This document shows positions 1-13,327 of a stretch of 64,000 nucleotides of DNA, piece after piece; positions within the stretch are counted from its first letter, which is position 1, and each line of letters begins with the position of its first letter. Both the position numbers and the translations under genes were made by a program. Origin of the DNA: Cyanophora paradoxa CCMP329 (lineage: Eukaryota > Plantae > Glaucophyta); NCBI GenBank assembly GCA_004431415.1, contig QPMI01000178.1, forward strand, positions 118,214-182,213, written 5' to 3'. A model generated the notes under the pieces. It searched no databases. It was given only the letters and a program-made list of their open reading frames with translations, and was not told where the DNA came from.

Positions 1-270
1 GTCGCTCCACCCGCTCTCCCTTACCCCTCCCCCTTCCAGGCCCCGACTTCGAGATCGAGCCGATCCAGGCCACCATACCCCGCTCCAGCAAGTTCAAGGT
101 TCGCGGACCCGCCGCCCCTCCCGCCCGCCTCCGGTTCGATTCCGCGCAGCTCCAGTTCCGCGTGCGGGCCGTCCGGGAGGGTACCATCAAGGTCCTGCTC
201 CTCCCCCCCTCCCACCCCCCGCCCCCCTTTCGAATCGATTCCGGCCCGATCTGAGCCGCCTGAACCTCAG

Positions 271-1202
271 GTGACGGCGGTGGAGTGGAAGCTGGCGAAC
301 GCGGTGACGGGCCGGCGCTCGCTCGCGGTGCGCGGCCGCCGCCTCAACCGCACCAAGAAGGAGCGCATGTCCGTGGTGCGCCGTACCCCTCCCGCCCACC
401 CACCCCCCTCGTCCATCCGTCCCGACGTACGACGTACCCCCAGGTGCACGAGGCGGACCGGGTGGTGACGATCGTGGTGTCGGGGCCGATGCCGCGCCTC
501 CAGGCCCGCCTCCTCGGCTTCCCCCCGGCCCTCCTCCACGGCGAGGCGCGCCTGATCTCATCTGATCTGATATGAGATGATCTGAGCTGATCTGAGCTGC
601 CGGGCGCAGGTGCGGCGGGCGACGCTGGAGCTGCAGAACACGGGCCCCTGCGCCCTGCGCGCCCTCACCCTCGCCACCGACGCGCCCCACTTCTTCGCCT
701 TCGCCCCCGGCGACGGCGAGGCCGGCGCCGCCGGCGGCGAGTCCCTCCCCGTCGCAGCCGGCCGCCGCGGCGTCCGCGGCCGCGTGTACCCCCCCGGCGA
801 GGGCGGCATCGTCAAGCTCTCGCCCTCCGAGGCGCGTACCCCCCTCCCTCCCTCGCTCCCCCCCCCTCCCCCCTGCTCTGAACCCTACTCTTCCTCCTCA
901 GGTTGGGGCGGGGGAGACGGTGCGGGTGGGGGTGTGGGTGCGGGGGGCGGAGCCCGGGCAGCACGCCCCGCGCCTCGTCTTCTACTACGAGTCCGCCGAG
1001 AAGGTCCAACCGCCCCCGCCCCCCCGGCCCCGCCCCGAGTGTGAGGGAGGGGAAGAGGGAGGGAGAGGGACGCCTCAAGGCTCTTAAGCGAGCGAGCGCT
1101 GCGTTCGTTGCTGCGCGCCTGACCCCATCCGGTGCCGCGCAGGGCGCCGAGCAGCGGTACCGCATGCTGCGCCTCCAGGTGCGACCCAGGGGCCGCCTCG
1201 CG

Positions 1203-1233
<31 letters not shown>

Positions 1234-3184
1234 GGGCTGACGGGGCTGACGGGGCGGGCGCCAGCCGGCGACGGCGGTGGCGTCGGCGCTGCGGGTGGCG
1301 CTGGGGACGCGCCCCGCCGCGACCCCGGGCGACGAGCACCTCCTCCGCGTCGAGGCGCGCGCCGCGCCCCGCCGCTCGGCCCCGCACGCGCCCGGCGAGG
1401 CTCGCCCGCAGGTCGAGAACGTGCGGGACTCGCACTTCGTCACCCTCCGCTCCCTCTCCCTCATCTCCGCGTGCGCCCCTTCGTTTGTTCGCTCAGAGGG
1501 CCGGCCGGGGCGCCTTCGGATTCCTGAGCGTCGGGCGGGGCGGGGCCGGGGCGCTCGCTCGCCTGATCGCGGTCGGCAGGCTCTGGACGGGGCGGCCGGC
1601 GTCGTACCGGGACCCGACGGCGGGCGACGGGGCGGCCCTCGCCAGCGGCTCCTTCACCCTCGCCCCCCGCGAGCAGGCGCGCGCCCTCCCGCCCCCTCGC
1701 CCCCGCCCCCCCGCGCTGATCGCTTGCCCCGCCCTCCCCACCAGTGTGTCTTCTACGCGGCGCTGCAGCGCCCGGAGGCGTCGATGCCGGGGCGCCCGGC
1801 GCTGCGCCCGCGGGGCGGCGGGGGCGTCTGGGGAGCCGCTGGTGACGAGCCTGCCGCTGGGGCCGGACGCGCCGTGGGACGCGGGGCGCTGGCCGGTGGC
1901 GACCCTCTTCGCCGCCGAGGAGTTCGCCATCCAGGCCGCGGCGCGCCCGCCCCGCCCCGCTTGCTTCCTCTTCTTCACGGCCTGACGGGCGCATCCCCCG
2001 CGCCGCGCGCGCAGGCGCAGGCGCACGCGGCGGAGGCGGAGGCGGCGGCGGGGCCCCAGAGGGGCCGCCCGGGTACGTGCCCGGCAGAGCCCTCCCGCCC
2101 CCGCCCCGGCCGCCCCCGCCGCTGAGGCGGGGAACTCATGCGCAGGCGGCGGCGGCATCTGGCCCGCGTTCATGGACAAGGTGTCCCCCCCCCACCCCTT
2201 CCCCGTACCCCGCGAGGGCTCAGGCGTACCCCCGGCCCGCAGGCTGGCGCCTCGCGCAAGGCGGAGCTGGCGAAGCACGCGGCGGGCGAGGCCGCCAAGC
2301 GCGCCCCGCGCCCCGAGGCGCGCCGCTGCCCGCTCCCAGGCCCCACTCCGGTCGGACAGACTCTGACGGGGCGGGGGGCGCAGGCGGACCTGCACGCGGT
2401 GCTGGCGTGGGAGGCGCACTCGCCGGACCAGGCGGCCCCCGCCCGCGGCCTCCACTTCGCCCACAGGCGAGCCGCCCTCCGCTGAGACTCGGACCTGGCC
2501 CCAGGCTCACGCGGGGACGGATGCGCAGGATCCCGCTGGGCCCGCGCGCCCGGGCGGCGCGGGCGCTGGCGGGGCCGGCGGCGGCCGCGGCGCCGGCGGC
2601 GCAGCAGCTTCGGGAGGAGGAGGCGGGCGCGCCCTGGCTCCGCTTCTCCATCGAGGGCCCTCCCGCGTCACCCACGACTTCGGCCTCGTCCCGTCCGCCC
2701 CGCCCGCCCATCCATCCGCCCCGCCCGCCCGTGGGCCTTGACCACCTTCCCGCGCAGGACGTGCACGGTGCCGGTGACGCTGTCGGTGAAGAACTGCTCG
2801 AGCGGCGTGCCCGTCGCCCTCCTCGTCGAGGCCCTCGGCCCCGACGAGCCCGCCTCCGCCGCCGCGCCCGGCCCCGGCGGCGCCGCCACCTCGGGCCTCG
2901 CGGCCGCCACGGCCGGGGCCGACGCCGCCGGCTCCGAGTGCCTCTGGCTGGGCCCCACCCGCGTCCACGTCGACAGCCTGCCCCCCGGAGGCGTCCACTC
3001 CACCGCCGCCGCCGCCTGCCTCTTCGCCCCCGGCGTCGCCAACCTGAACCGCTTCCGCGTGACGGCCGTGCCCCCGGCCCCGGCCGCGCCCGTCGTGTAC
3101 CCCGTCTCGACCCTCCTCTCGCACCTCGTCTCCGTCTCGGCGCCGGCGCCCCTCCTCCCCGCCCCCACGGCCCGTGCCCACTAG
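271..3184 (+). CDS. TRAPPC8: TRAPP III subunit TRAPPC8/Trs85, 3' multi-exon portion (5' exons lie upstream of the window; exon structure approximate)
   Basis: Spliced exons read GRRLNRTKKER..HEADRVVTIVVSGPMPRLQARLLGFPPALLHGE|VRRATLELQNTGPCALRALTLATDAPHFFAF. This resembles the TRAPPC8 segment G.RLN.TKEEK...DRRL...MPLLEV.F..FP..LLCGEI...VEF.N...CPL..L....PEFF. The last exon is ..LWLGPT..CLFAPGVANLNRFRV.., with TAG at 3182-3184. Confidence 0.85.
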
Positions 3185-3453
3185 ATCAGGCCCATCTTGG
3201 TAGCCCTCTCGCAGGCCCCTCCTCGCGTGCTTCCTTTGTTCCTTCCTCAATGCGAAGAAAGAAGTTTCGCCGCACAACGCGCGCCATCGACGCACTTGAT
3301 GCACAGTATTGCATACCGGCATGCCAGAGCTCAAGCACTCTGCGTCGACAAAGACGGACTTCAGAAGAAAAGGATAACTTCCGTAACCGTTTGAACGTGT
3401 AACGTACAATTTTGAAAGCCGGAGCTTCGAATTCGGAAAAGCCGTGCTTGCAA

Positions 3454-3543
3454 TTCAGTCTAAAAACGTTAACTAGTATACGTAATCTGCTTTCAGTCTT
3501 CAGTTTTCAGTCTAAAAACGTTAACTAGTATACGCAATCTGCT
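3454..3543. repeat. Short direct duplication TTCAGTCTAAAAACGTTAACTAGTATACG(T/C)AATCTGCT x2
   Basis: Two near-identical copies start at ~3454 and ~3506. TCTAAAAACGTTAA recurs at ~4734. Confidence 0.8.
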
Positions 3544-5001
3544 GCGCATGTGGAATCACACTCAGTGTGTGACTGTGATCATGACGTTGTAGCAGTGCGG
3601 ATCGCGATCGTGACCGTTTCACTCGGGCGATCGCAAACCAACAAGCGGTCCGCGGGCCGCCGAGCCGACGGCCTCCAGGCCTCCGGACTCCCGGGTCCGG
3701 AGTTCGGCCCTCCGGATCCGCCGCGCCCGTACGCGTGCGCATGCACGTGGCTTCTGCACTGACTCCGCAGCTGCCAGGCTGCCACTGGGCCAGTGCTGCC
3801 GCAGTGGACTCTCGGACAGTGTCGGACTCCGATCGCCGCGATGATCGCGAGCCTCTCGATCTCGGACCGGCACTGTCCGGCAGCTCGATATCGGTTATAA
3901 TCATTGAATTAACTTTCGCCTCTCAGCTGCGCCCAGTGCGCATGCAGCCTGTAATGAGTCCGATCGAGATCCAGCGCCCCCTGGCCATGACCAGTGCTGC
4001 TGTACGTATACATGTGCTGGTGGCATTCCGGCCTGCATGCACAGGCTACAGGCTGCAGGCTGCAGCTGCAGCTGGTGCCGGCCGGGCTCCGGGATCCGGC
4101 ACTGGACCGGCAGCTGCGCAGCGGCCAGGCTCCAGCCTGCGCAGCGTGCGCACAACGGCGTGACAACGCTGCCAGGAGGTGGCGGCAGTGCGCATGCATG
4201 TGCAAGCTGATGCAGCTCCTTTATCCGCTGCAATTATTCGTGCTTAAAATTCAACTTGCAATCATTGCATTGCGACGTTATTGTCACGTCAACACTTCCT
4301 GTCACGGTCAATTCAAATGATTGCAATTGCATTCCTGATAAATCCTGACTTCCGATTGGTGATTCGCGATCGAATCGATACCGCCGGAATCGCGGATCGG
4401 TTGTCATATATGAAAGTATATACGCACCCTCTGTGTTTCTCACAATTGGACCAACGCCCCGCTGGGGCTTCGTGAAAAACGTATATTAATATTTGTGTGC
4501 GAAATCATTGTGGGAGTTCGCCCCACCCGGGCCCACCGTAGTCTCTCAAAAAAAATGTATATTTGCGCATATATGCCGTGTTGCATATGTTGCGCAGAAA
4601 AAATACTTCCAAAAGGAGGCATTTAATTTGCTTTCGCGATCGGGGTCCGAAATTACTCCGAATCATCCGACTCGATCATCCGAGTTCCGATTCACAGATA
4701 TCGACAATGATTCGAAGCATATGCGTTTAAATTTCTAAAAACGTTAAAGTTTTCGAGTGTCGACGTGCACGCGTACGGTGCAACCTCTATCAGGGCCTAT
4801 AATCAGGCAACATATTCGTGAATTTATGCCACGTATGCACAATATATACGTCTACACGTGCACGTATATTTACCGGATATATGCATATGTTCTGGGCTTT
4901 CGTGCAGCCTGCAGCTGCGATTTAATTTCTTCTGGCTTATAAAAGGCTTTCTTTCTTCTGGCCAGGCTCCCAGCGGGCGCCGATCTGGCTGAAATTACGT
5001 A

Positions 5002-5226
5002 CTGTAGGATGGCTTAAATTGCCGTCTAGTTAAATTGCCGAATTCGGCCAAAACCGAAATTGCCGTGGCGATAAATTGCCGAAACTCTGGATTTCTTCTA
5101 TGGTGCCATACAAAAGCGGCCGTTTAGCCTTACCCCCTGAGAATTGCCGCGGCTCTAAATTGCCGAATTTGGCGTCTCGGCAATATACGGCAATTTAAAA
5201 GTACGGCTAAAAAAGCCATCCTACAG
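5002..5226. mobile_element. MITE (Tc1/mariner-type, TA target)
   Basis: Perfect 14-bp TIR CTGTAGGATGGCTT (5002-5015) / AAGCCATCCTACAG (5213-5226), with TA on both sides. About 8 internal AATTGCCG/CGGCAAT motifs occur in both orientations. Confidence 0.85.
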
Positions 5227-6019
5227 TATACTGGGTAGTACGCAATGGGCCGATCTGGCTTAACGCATTACTTACGCTGAATACGTGCGCGCAGTCACAC
5301 TGCAGTCTGCAGTGTGCACATGCGGCGCTGGCTCGCGAGTCGCGATCGTTAAACGTTACGAGTCCGACGGTCTTACGACGGCCGACGGCCGTCACGCACG
5401 TCGTGTTCAACGCGTACCGTGTAACAAGAAAATACTGCAGCTGGACGCAAAATACTGCAGATAGTGGGTGGAATTCGAAATTGGCGGACCAAAAATCTCT
5501 CGACGTAGTCCACTAATTTGGGACTTCATGGAGTCCACTAATTCCCTGAGGCGAGGCGATACCCCCTTAAAATTACCGTCCCGCACAAGCCGGAAACTAA
5601 TTATGGATCCACTAATTATCTAAGGTGCAAGTTATAATCCAGATCCTGGTACGTTAAACGTGTTTTTTGGCGCAACTTGTCAAGTGTCCGCTTGCGTCAG
5701 GAGTAATTACCTCACGCCGGCTCACGGCGCCCTGACGGCGTGTCTGACAGTCACGTGCACGCGTACACCCCCGGGCCCCCTCCTCGGAATCCCCCGTCAG
5801 CGGCCCGCGGTACCGGCGTGCCGCTGGCACCGCTGCCCGCGGCGCCGCGGCGGCTGTGACCGTCGGACTCTCTCGCCGCAGGGCCGGTGACGTAGTTACT
5901 GTCAAACTTACTGAGTGTCTGGGGCGACCTCAGGGCTGATCCCGGCTGAACACAGCTCTACCGTGTACCGTGTACGTACCGGTATACGTATACGTAGCTG
6001 TGAGGCCGCAGCACTAATA

Positions 6020-6260
6020 CTGTAGAACTGGTTAATTTAGTACAGGAAAATAATTAGTACTTCGCCAAAACTGCCACTTTATATTAGCAGCTGGTAAAAC
6101 TTTAGTAGGCCAAGGTCAGTCTTCGCAGGGCGTTTGTATGGCGGAGGCGGGGCTACCACTACAAATTCTCGGCTTTAGCAGGCGAGAAATATTTAGTAGA
6201 TCGCCCAAAAACTTTTGGTACTATAAATATGCAGCCCACTAAATATTTCTAGCTCTCCAG
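6020..6260. mobile_element. Degenerate MITE, CTG...CAG ends, TA target
   Basis: Imperfect TIR: CTGTAGAACTGGTTAATTTAGT versus reverse-complemented end CTGGAGAGCTAGAAATATTTAGT. TA flanks both sides, and internal TTTAGTA motifs repeat. Confidence 0.6.
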
Positions 6261-6751
6261 TATTGTACTATACATAGCTAGTGCGGCCATCCAGGCCATG
6301 CATATGGATATAAGGCTGCAGCTGGCCATGAATCCCAGAGGCGAAGAGGCGAACTCGGAAGAGGCGAAGTGGGGGAGTTCGCGGCCGCCGGCCGGGCTAT
6401 ATAATTATAACGCGCTCTGCGGAACTTCTGGGGCGTTCCCGTAACTTCCCGAATCCTCTGGATTTAGGCTTCGACTAGTACTTGCAATTGATTGATATCC
6501 ATGGCCAAATTTAAATCTAGAGTCCGTTCATCAGACTCGTGAGTCGTGATTTCGATCTGATTCGATCATCAGAGGATTCAGAGTCCCGCGACTCCAGCCT
6601 AGTAGGCTGCGTTCGAATGCCTATCTTCAGAAGATCTAAAGACTGAGATCGATTTGCGATCGAATTTAGAGCCGCGACAAAGAAGATAGCTAAATCAAGA
6701 GCGCGCGACAGCATACATCGGCCTGCAGCTGGTGAAACATACTCTCCAGAG

Positions 6752-9700
6752 ATGGCTTCCGGGGCGTGGTTCAGCGCCGTGTGCGTTGCTCTCCTGGTGT
6801 CCGCTGTCACCGCCCAGATCACCGCGGGAACGATGCCGGGAGCGCTGTTCGCAACCTCAACACCTGCATGGTTTAATGCAACTTACAACGACGATAAAAG
6901 CGCGCCCGGATGGTGAGACTCTGTACACCCGCCCGCGGCCAATTGCAATCCTATAACATTAATTAAATGTGCCGTGGCCATGGGCTTCGGATCGTAAAGG
7001 ACAATTACTGCTCCGTCCGATGAGGATGCCGTCCGAATCGAATTCATTTCTACCACGGCGACAACTTCTAACACGAGAAATATCAACGCAATTCGGGTGC
7101 GTATGTATCAACTTGGACACGTATGATATGCACATCGCTGCTCTCAGCTTAAACACAACAAAAAACAATTGCGCATGCAGGTGATAGACATTTCCGTCAG
7201 TCCTCCAGTGCTGCTGGCAGCGAACGCCGAAAGCGGCACAACATACACAAGTTCCGGCAGAACTTTATTTGTGTACATTTTCAGCGCATACCGCAGTCAA
7301 TCGTTCACTTCGCGCTTCTGGTCGGCACCCAAGTCGAGCGGTTTGTCTGCATATTCCAATATTCTACATCGTCTGACAATCGATATCGTGCGCGCAGTGA
7401 CTGCGTCGCCTCCTGCAAATCTCACATCAGTGCCCGCGGTATTCGAGGAGTCCGACGACAACGCTCACATTGGGACTTTCGCACCAAGCACGGTGACTGC
7501 TACTCCTGGAATAACAACTCACATCGGCTATAAGCCCTACCCTCGAATGCTCCTGGCTTTGTGGTGCGATCTTTCTGATTTGCATAGTATATGTACACGT
7601 ACTGTGTTCACCGGCGCCCGCGGCACCCGGTGCAGGGATGTCAGGCTTCCGGAGTACTGCGCTTCCAGCAGCACATTTTCTCTGAATTTCACGTTTATGG
7701 ACTTCGAAACGTTATGCACGCCGGCCTGCGACCCTGTTTACGTGCGTATGTGTAAATCATGTCGAGGATCCAGCTCGATGACGAAACTTGAATTGCGCAG
7801 CTCTACCAGCTGAATAGCACATCCATCGAAGCAGTGGGGCGAGCTTCGGGTTACGGGGATACGAATAGCGGGGTGGAAGACGTGTCTGCAATCGGCACGC
7901 TCACGGCATTCAATCGCATGCTGGTCTTGTTCAACTCGGACCGTCAATACCAGGGTCTCAATGATGAAACTTCTATTCCAGCTGGCGGGTTCAATTCGAC
8001 GGTCACAGGTAACTGCGCATGCGGCCATTTCTTTTTCAGATAATATGCACTGCATTGATGCTGACCGATCGCGACCCGCAACGCGTGCAGTTAATTGCGT
8101 TGCAACCCCTTCGCCCAGCCCTAGCCCGTCTCCGAGCCCATCTCCGTCTCCGTCTGCATCTGCTTTGCCTTCCACGTGCGCAACTATAATATCAATCCTG
8201 ATGCCTTCCCGATCACGATATCGATCCTATATAAATATTCCACCGATACTTTCCGTGAACGCTCAACATGCGACAGGCCGACCCCGTCAGCGCCGCCCAC
8301 GCCAATTCCAAGCCCGACTCCCTCTCCAATGTGCGTACTACGGTACCCTCTCGTGTATCAGTGCCCCTTGGATTCCAGATTGCAATTGCATATTACGAGC
8401 TTCTTACGCTCTAGATCTATTGCAATTGGAGAAATTAAATACTCGCAATTGATTGGAAGCTATAGCTAGCTAGTACTGAGATTCTGACCGGGCAGGCCTT
8501 CGAATTCCGTTTCAAATTCACTTCAGCCTACTCCTAGCCCTACTGCATCTCCAACCCCCGCGGCCGTAGCCAGTGCGTGTGGATGTGATCATTCATCATT
8601 GCCTTTAATATGCGAACGCGGGATGCAGGCGCCCCCCCTTCCGGAGGCACGTGCACCGTCTCTCCTCTCTCTGTCCAGGCGGGCGTGGAGAAGGTTACGG
8701 TGCGCCGCCGGGTCGCAGCATATCCGGAAACGCGGACTGTTATTCTGGCTGACGCGGGGCGCGGGGCTCAGGTGACCTGCTCGGGTTGGCAGTCGGCGTC
8801 GCGGCCGCTGAGGTACACGGTGACGTCGGACCTCGCGGCGGCGCCCCTCGCCCTCGACGTCCTCTCCGTGACCATCGTCTTCTTCTTCCCCGACGTGCGA
8901 GCTTTGTCCAAGCCTTGTTTGCGCTTGTCTGTTGAATGTGTGCATGCGCAGAGCGGGGCGACGCGGACGGCGACGCTGAGCGTGGCGGTGGAGGACGGCG
9001 CGGGGCGCGCGACGGCCTTCGCGATCGCCGCCGCGGTCGAGGTCAAGGCCCTCGTCCCCGCCACCGGCAACGCCGTCACCGACTTCAACGTCCGGATCCG
9101 CGCCCCGCGCACCCTCGCTCTTTAAAAGATTAAACGGCTCGCGGCAGGCGGCGGTGGACGCCGTGAACAAGGAGGTCACCGCGATCCTGAACGTGCGCCG
9201 CGGCCGTTGATTTGCTTTCGATAAAATTCGGATATCGATTTCAGATCCGGCCTCTGCAGCTGAAACGTTCCCGCGTTCGCGAGCGCAGAGCAGTGACGAC
9301 TTCGCGACGAAGATGAACAAGATCCTGGCGCTCGTCGGCACCCTCAAGGACCGCTACAGCAAGGCGACCGGCGTCCAGCTCCGCCGCCTTCGCCGCGCGG
9401 TGCTCGGCGCGATCGACAGCCTCCTCGCGTCGTTCTCGACCGTTATTTCGAACGTCATGACGGTGAGTGCTGTTGTGAGAGCATCAATAAGATCTGCCCA
9501 TTGTCGATAAAAGATTAACATTACACAATTACAGGCTGTGACGACGGAAGCCACCAAGTCGGGCGTCGATCTCACCAACACCGCGGTAAATAATTAAAGT
9601 CCTTCTAATGTTCGAGATGTTCTGCAACGTCTTAAATCGTGGCTCCGTTTTTCTTCGCAGAACGCGGGGGCCCTTGTCACGTTCTTCTCGTCGGTCGCGC

Positions 9701-11090
9701 CCGTCGCCGCCAAGACCGGCGCGGTCTCGGAAGCCACGGCCGTCCAGGGCGCCACGCTGCTCATGAACGTCATCAAGGCCAACCCTGTGCGAGAGCTTGA
9801 GATATGACCGCAAAACTAAAAGCACGCTTCACTGATCATGGAAATTGCAGAACCTCGCCACCACGGCCGGCATCGACGCGAAGGTGAGCGGTGTCGATGC
9901 AATATGATATGTCTGTCTATGAGGAATTGAACTTGTCGGCTGAGCGCGAGGGGCCGCGCAGAGCCTGCAGACGAGCCTCTCGGGGCTGCTCTCCGCCATC
10001 CCCGCCACCTCGACGGCCGCCGCTTCCATCCGCGCCGAGACGCAGACCGCCCTCACCCAAGTGGCCGCCCAGGTGACCCCAAGCTGGCCAGCGTTGAGCA
10101 TGGCCGATATCGATATATATATACCAGAAGACTGAATGCAATCCTCGGCAGATCTCGCTGAGCAGCCCCGACACGCCGTGCGACACGCAGGCGACGCGCG
10201 CCACCGAGTTCGACCCCTGGGGCTTCAAGGTTCGCGTCATTCGCTAGCGCTCGTCTTGATATCGATCATGAACAATATACGTATTAATTCTGATTCACGT
10301 TTTGGCGTGCAGGCGTGCCCCTCGGCAGGTTCCCGGGTCACTGTTGGCGGCATTTCGGACGCTCCGGGGGCGGTGGTGCGTGATTCTTTGCTTGAAGCTC
10401 GCGCGCCGCGTGCTTACGTGCTACATTGGCAGATCACGTTCCCCACCAACGCTTGGGGCGGCAAGAACTTCCAGGTGCGGATTAACAATTTCGCAATCGT
10501 TCAGATTCCGCCGTTCCGTTTCGACTCCTTAGCTTCCGATTTTTAACAGGCCCTCGTGCGCGTGTACGCGAACGCGTCGTCCTTCCCCGCGCCGCCGGCG
10601 GGCTTCCGCCTCGTCGCGCCGATCCTCGACGTCACGGCGACGGGCCTCGACGACGCCGGCAGGGCGAAGCAGCTGAGCAGCGAGTTCAGCTCGGGCGTCG
10701 GCTTCACGATCCCCGTCGCAAGCGGCGTGACGGTCGCGGCGGGCCAGGCCGTCTCGCTCGTCTTCTTCAACGCCACCAGCAAGGCCTGGGAGGTCTGCTC
10801 CGCCGCCACCGCCGCCGCCGGCGCCTACACCGCCACCTGCAACCACCTCACCCCGGTGCGAAACTGCGACGATCCAGCTCGCTGGTTTAATTCGGCAATC
10901 TGAATTGTTTCGTGATTGTGCCTCGCCGTAGTTCTCGCTGATGTCGACGGCTCGAATTCCCGGGAGCACCTCGAATGCATACGTCGGTGCCGGCGGGGCG
11001 CCATTCGCGCTCTCTCAGATTGCTCTCGCTCTCCTCGCGGCGGCCGTCGCTCGCCTGTTCGTGGGGCGTGTTTCATCGCCCTTGAGCTAG
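6752..11090 (+). CDS. Secreted/GPI-anchored surface protein: signal peptide, variable N-terminal region, Ser-Pro linkers, REJ-like region, GAIN/GPS motif, hydrophobic C-tail (multi-exon)
   Basis: Signal peptide MASGAWFSAVCVALLVSAVTAQ; PSPSPSPS linker; REJ-like CSGWQSASRPLRYTV; GPS WEVC...YTATCNHLTP|FSL; C-terminus ..ALSQIALALLAAAVARLFVGRVSSPLS* (TAG 11088-11090). Confidence 0.75.
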
Positions 11091-11799
11091 AGTGACTCGA
11101 ATATTAATTCGGATTCATGGCCAGCGCCGTGTTGAATTCGAAGCCATATGCATAGTGGTACCGCGTCACTGAGATCTATAGATGTATACGTAACAATCGG
11201 TGCTAATTATATAAAGTTACGGCAGGCAATTGCAACGTCATACTGAATATTTCAGCTTCAGAGCCCCCAGACCTGAAGAAAGCATAAATCTCTGTGGAAG
11301 TACATGTCTCTGTGTTTACGTACATGTGGCAGGATGGAGGATCAGGAGGGGAAAGACCATGCATTTGTCGAAGTGCAGAGATCTAGACTGAGAGCAGCGC
11401 GCGCCGCGCGGACGGTTTATAAACCGTCATGGGCACCATCATGGCATCATAAATGCATGTATGGGGGGCCATTCGGGGCGCTCGTGACGTGGCTCCGTCA
11501 CGGAAGCTTGCGAAGTCATGCAATTCCTAATTGTATATATATATAATGAACGGAACAGGGACACTGCTGTCGCAGTGGCCCTGTTGGAGGGGAAGGACCT
11601 CTAACGGTTGAGTAGGAAAGGTCAGGTTCAACGGTTAGCCGAGATAGAGATAGTGCTGACTCGACTCGCCGCCGCCCCCTAGGCCTGCTCGTCACGGCGT
11701 CTTGGGATGTGCGACTCGGCGAGGTGGCCATGTGGCCTAATGCAACAAAAACAGCATCTGCAGACTGCAGCTAATGCTCGTTAGGCGTAGATCTAGACG

Positions 11800-12320
11800 T
11801 GCCTCCCGCCGCGCCTCCGCCCCGCCCGGCGAGCCGCGCCGCCGTCCCGCCCGGCGAGCCGCGCCGCCGCCCGCAGGCCTCCGCCCCGCCCGGCGAGCCC
11901 CGCCGCCGCCCGGCGCGCCGCGCGGCCGCCCGCCGCGCCTCCGCCCCGATCGGCGAGCCGCGCCGCCGCCCGCTGCGCCTCCGCCCCGATCGGCGAGCCG
12001 CGCCGCCGCCCGCCGCGCCTCCGCCCCGCCCGGCGAGCCGCGCCGCCGCCCGCCACGCCTCCGCCTTGCCCGGCGAGCCGCGCCGCCGCCCGCCGCGCCT
12101 CCGCCCCGCCCGGCGAGCCGCGCCGCCGGCCGCCGCGCCTCCGCCCCGCCCGGCGAGCCTCGGAGCCGCGCCGCCGCCCGCCGGCCGCCGCGCCTCCGCC
12201 CCGCCCGCGGCCGGCGAGCCCGCTGCCGCCCGCCGCGCCTGCTCCCCGTGCGGCGCGCCGCGCCGCCGCGCGCCCGCAGCGCCTCCGCCCCGCCCGGCGA
12301 CCGCGCCGCCGCCCGCCGTC
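11800..12320. repeat. GC-rich minisatellite, ~40-bp monomer GCCGCGCCTCCGCCCCGCCCGGCGAGCCGCGCCGCCGCCC
   Basis: Monomers start at 11932, 11972, 12012, 12052, 12092 and 12132. Same family as 55830-57810, in the opposite orientation. Confidence 0.9.
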
Positions 12321-13227
12321 TGCGCATGCTGCGGAGCGCGGCACAAATCGAATCTAGCTGTGGACCTTGCGCAAGAGGAGCTGTTCGACGACACGCGTCG
12401 GCTTCTGTGCGCGCCCGGCGCGAGATTGCCGGGCGGCGCGCGCGCGCGAGCGCACCTTTCGGCGCAAGACTGTCGCATCTGCGGACAGCAGGCGCGCGGG
12501 GCAGCATCTGCGGGCGTCTTCTTCGAATTCCTGCACTCTTTCACGTTCCGAAGTGCTTGATGAGCTGTTGCCGCATTGCAAGGCATGCGCAGCTAGCCGG
12601 AGCTCAGCTAGCTAGTCGGCAGCTGTCGCTTCTGGAAGAGAGGTACCGGTGCTCTCTGACAAGTTCGGAGGTAGCTCCCGGAGTCCGTGGCTCCACGCTG
12701 CCGCCCAGGTTGAAGCGCCATGCTATAGCTAGTTGGCCAGTTAACGAGCCTGTCGGCTAGCTTGCCGGCTAGTCTTGTGGGTACTGCAATACGATATCGA
12801 CCCAAACTCTCAGGAGCGCTTTTTTTCGGCGCTCGGTACAACAGGTACTTGTGGCGGCCTAGCGGGCCACCCTGTGCCTCTACGGTCTCTGAATGTATTA
12901 CATGAATCGTCGGGCGTATTAGGCGCATTCAGGCGCACTTGGTCCGGTAGATATACCGCCATTTGGTGAGGCGCTAGATCGTATTTTTTCAGAACGTGTT
13001 ATTGCCGATTCCTGGTCCACCCAAGAAGACCCGGATCTCCCGGAACACGTTTCCGGTCTCCTAGGGTCATGCCTTGCTAGGATCCGGCGAGAAAACCCGG
13101 GTTTTGAAAGGTCGGGACATTTCATTTCGGCCTAGGGTGGGCACCCGAACACCCCCAAGTGGGGGAAGGGGAAGGAGGTCCTTCCCCAATGAATTAATAT
13201 TTCGAATTCGAAGGGGGGTTCGCCCCA

Positions 13228-13327
13228 CCGTAGTCTCTCAAAAAAAAAGAAGAACGTTAACGATCGAATCAGATCAAATCATTAGATCAAAGAATCGGAT
13301 CAAATCATTCTTTTTGAGAGTCTACGG
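13228..13327. mobile_element. Miniature inverted-repeat element (CCGTAG(T/A)CTCTCAAAAA termini)
   Basis: CCGTAGTCTCTCAAAAA at 13228 pairs with TTTTTGAGAGTCTACGG at 13311-13327 (1 mismatch). The same terminus occurs at 4536, also preceded by GTTCGCCCCA. No TSD is seen. Confidence 0.5.

Noticed and set aside
5456-5625. Third MITE with CCACTAATT motifs
   Set aside because: The TIRs are too degenerate and there is no right-hand TA TSD, so it is not listed as a feature.
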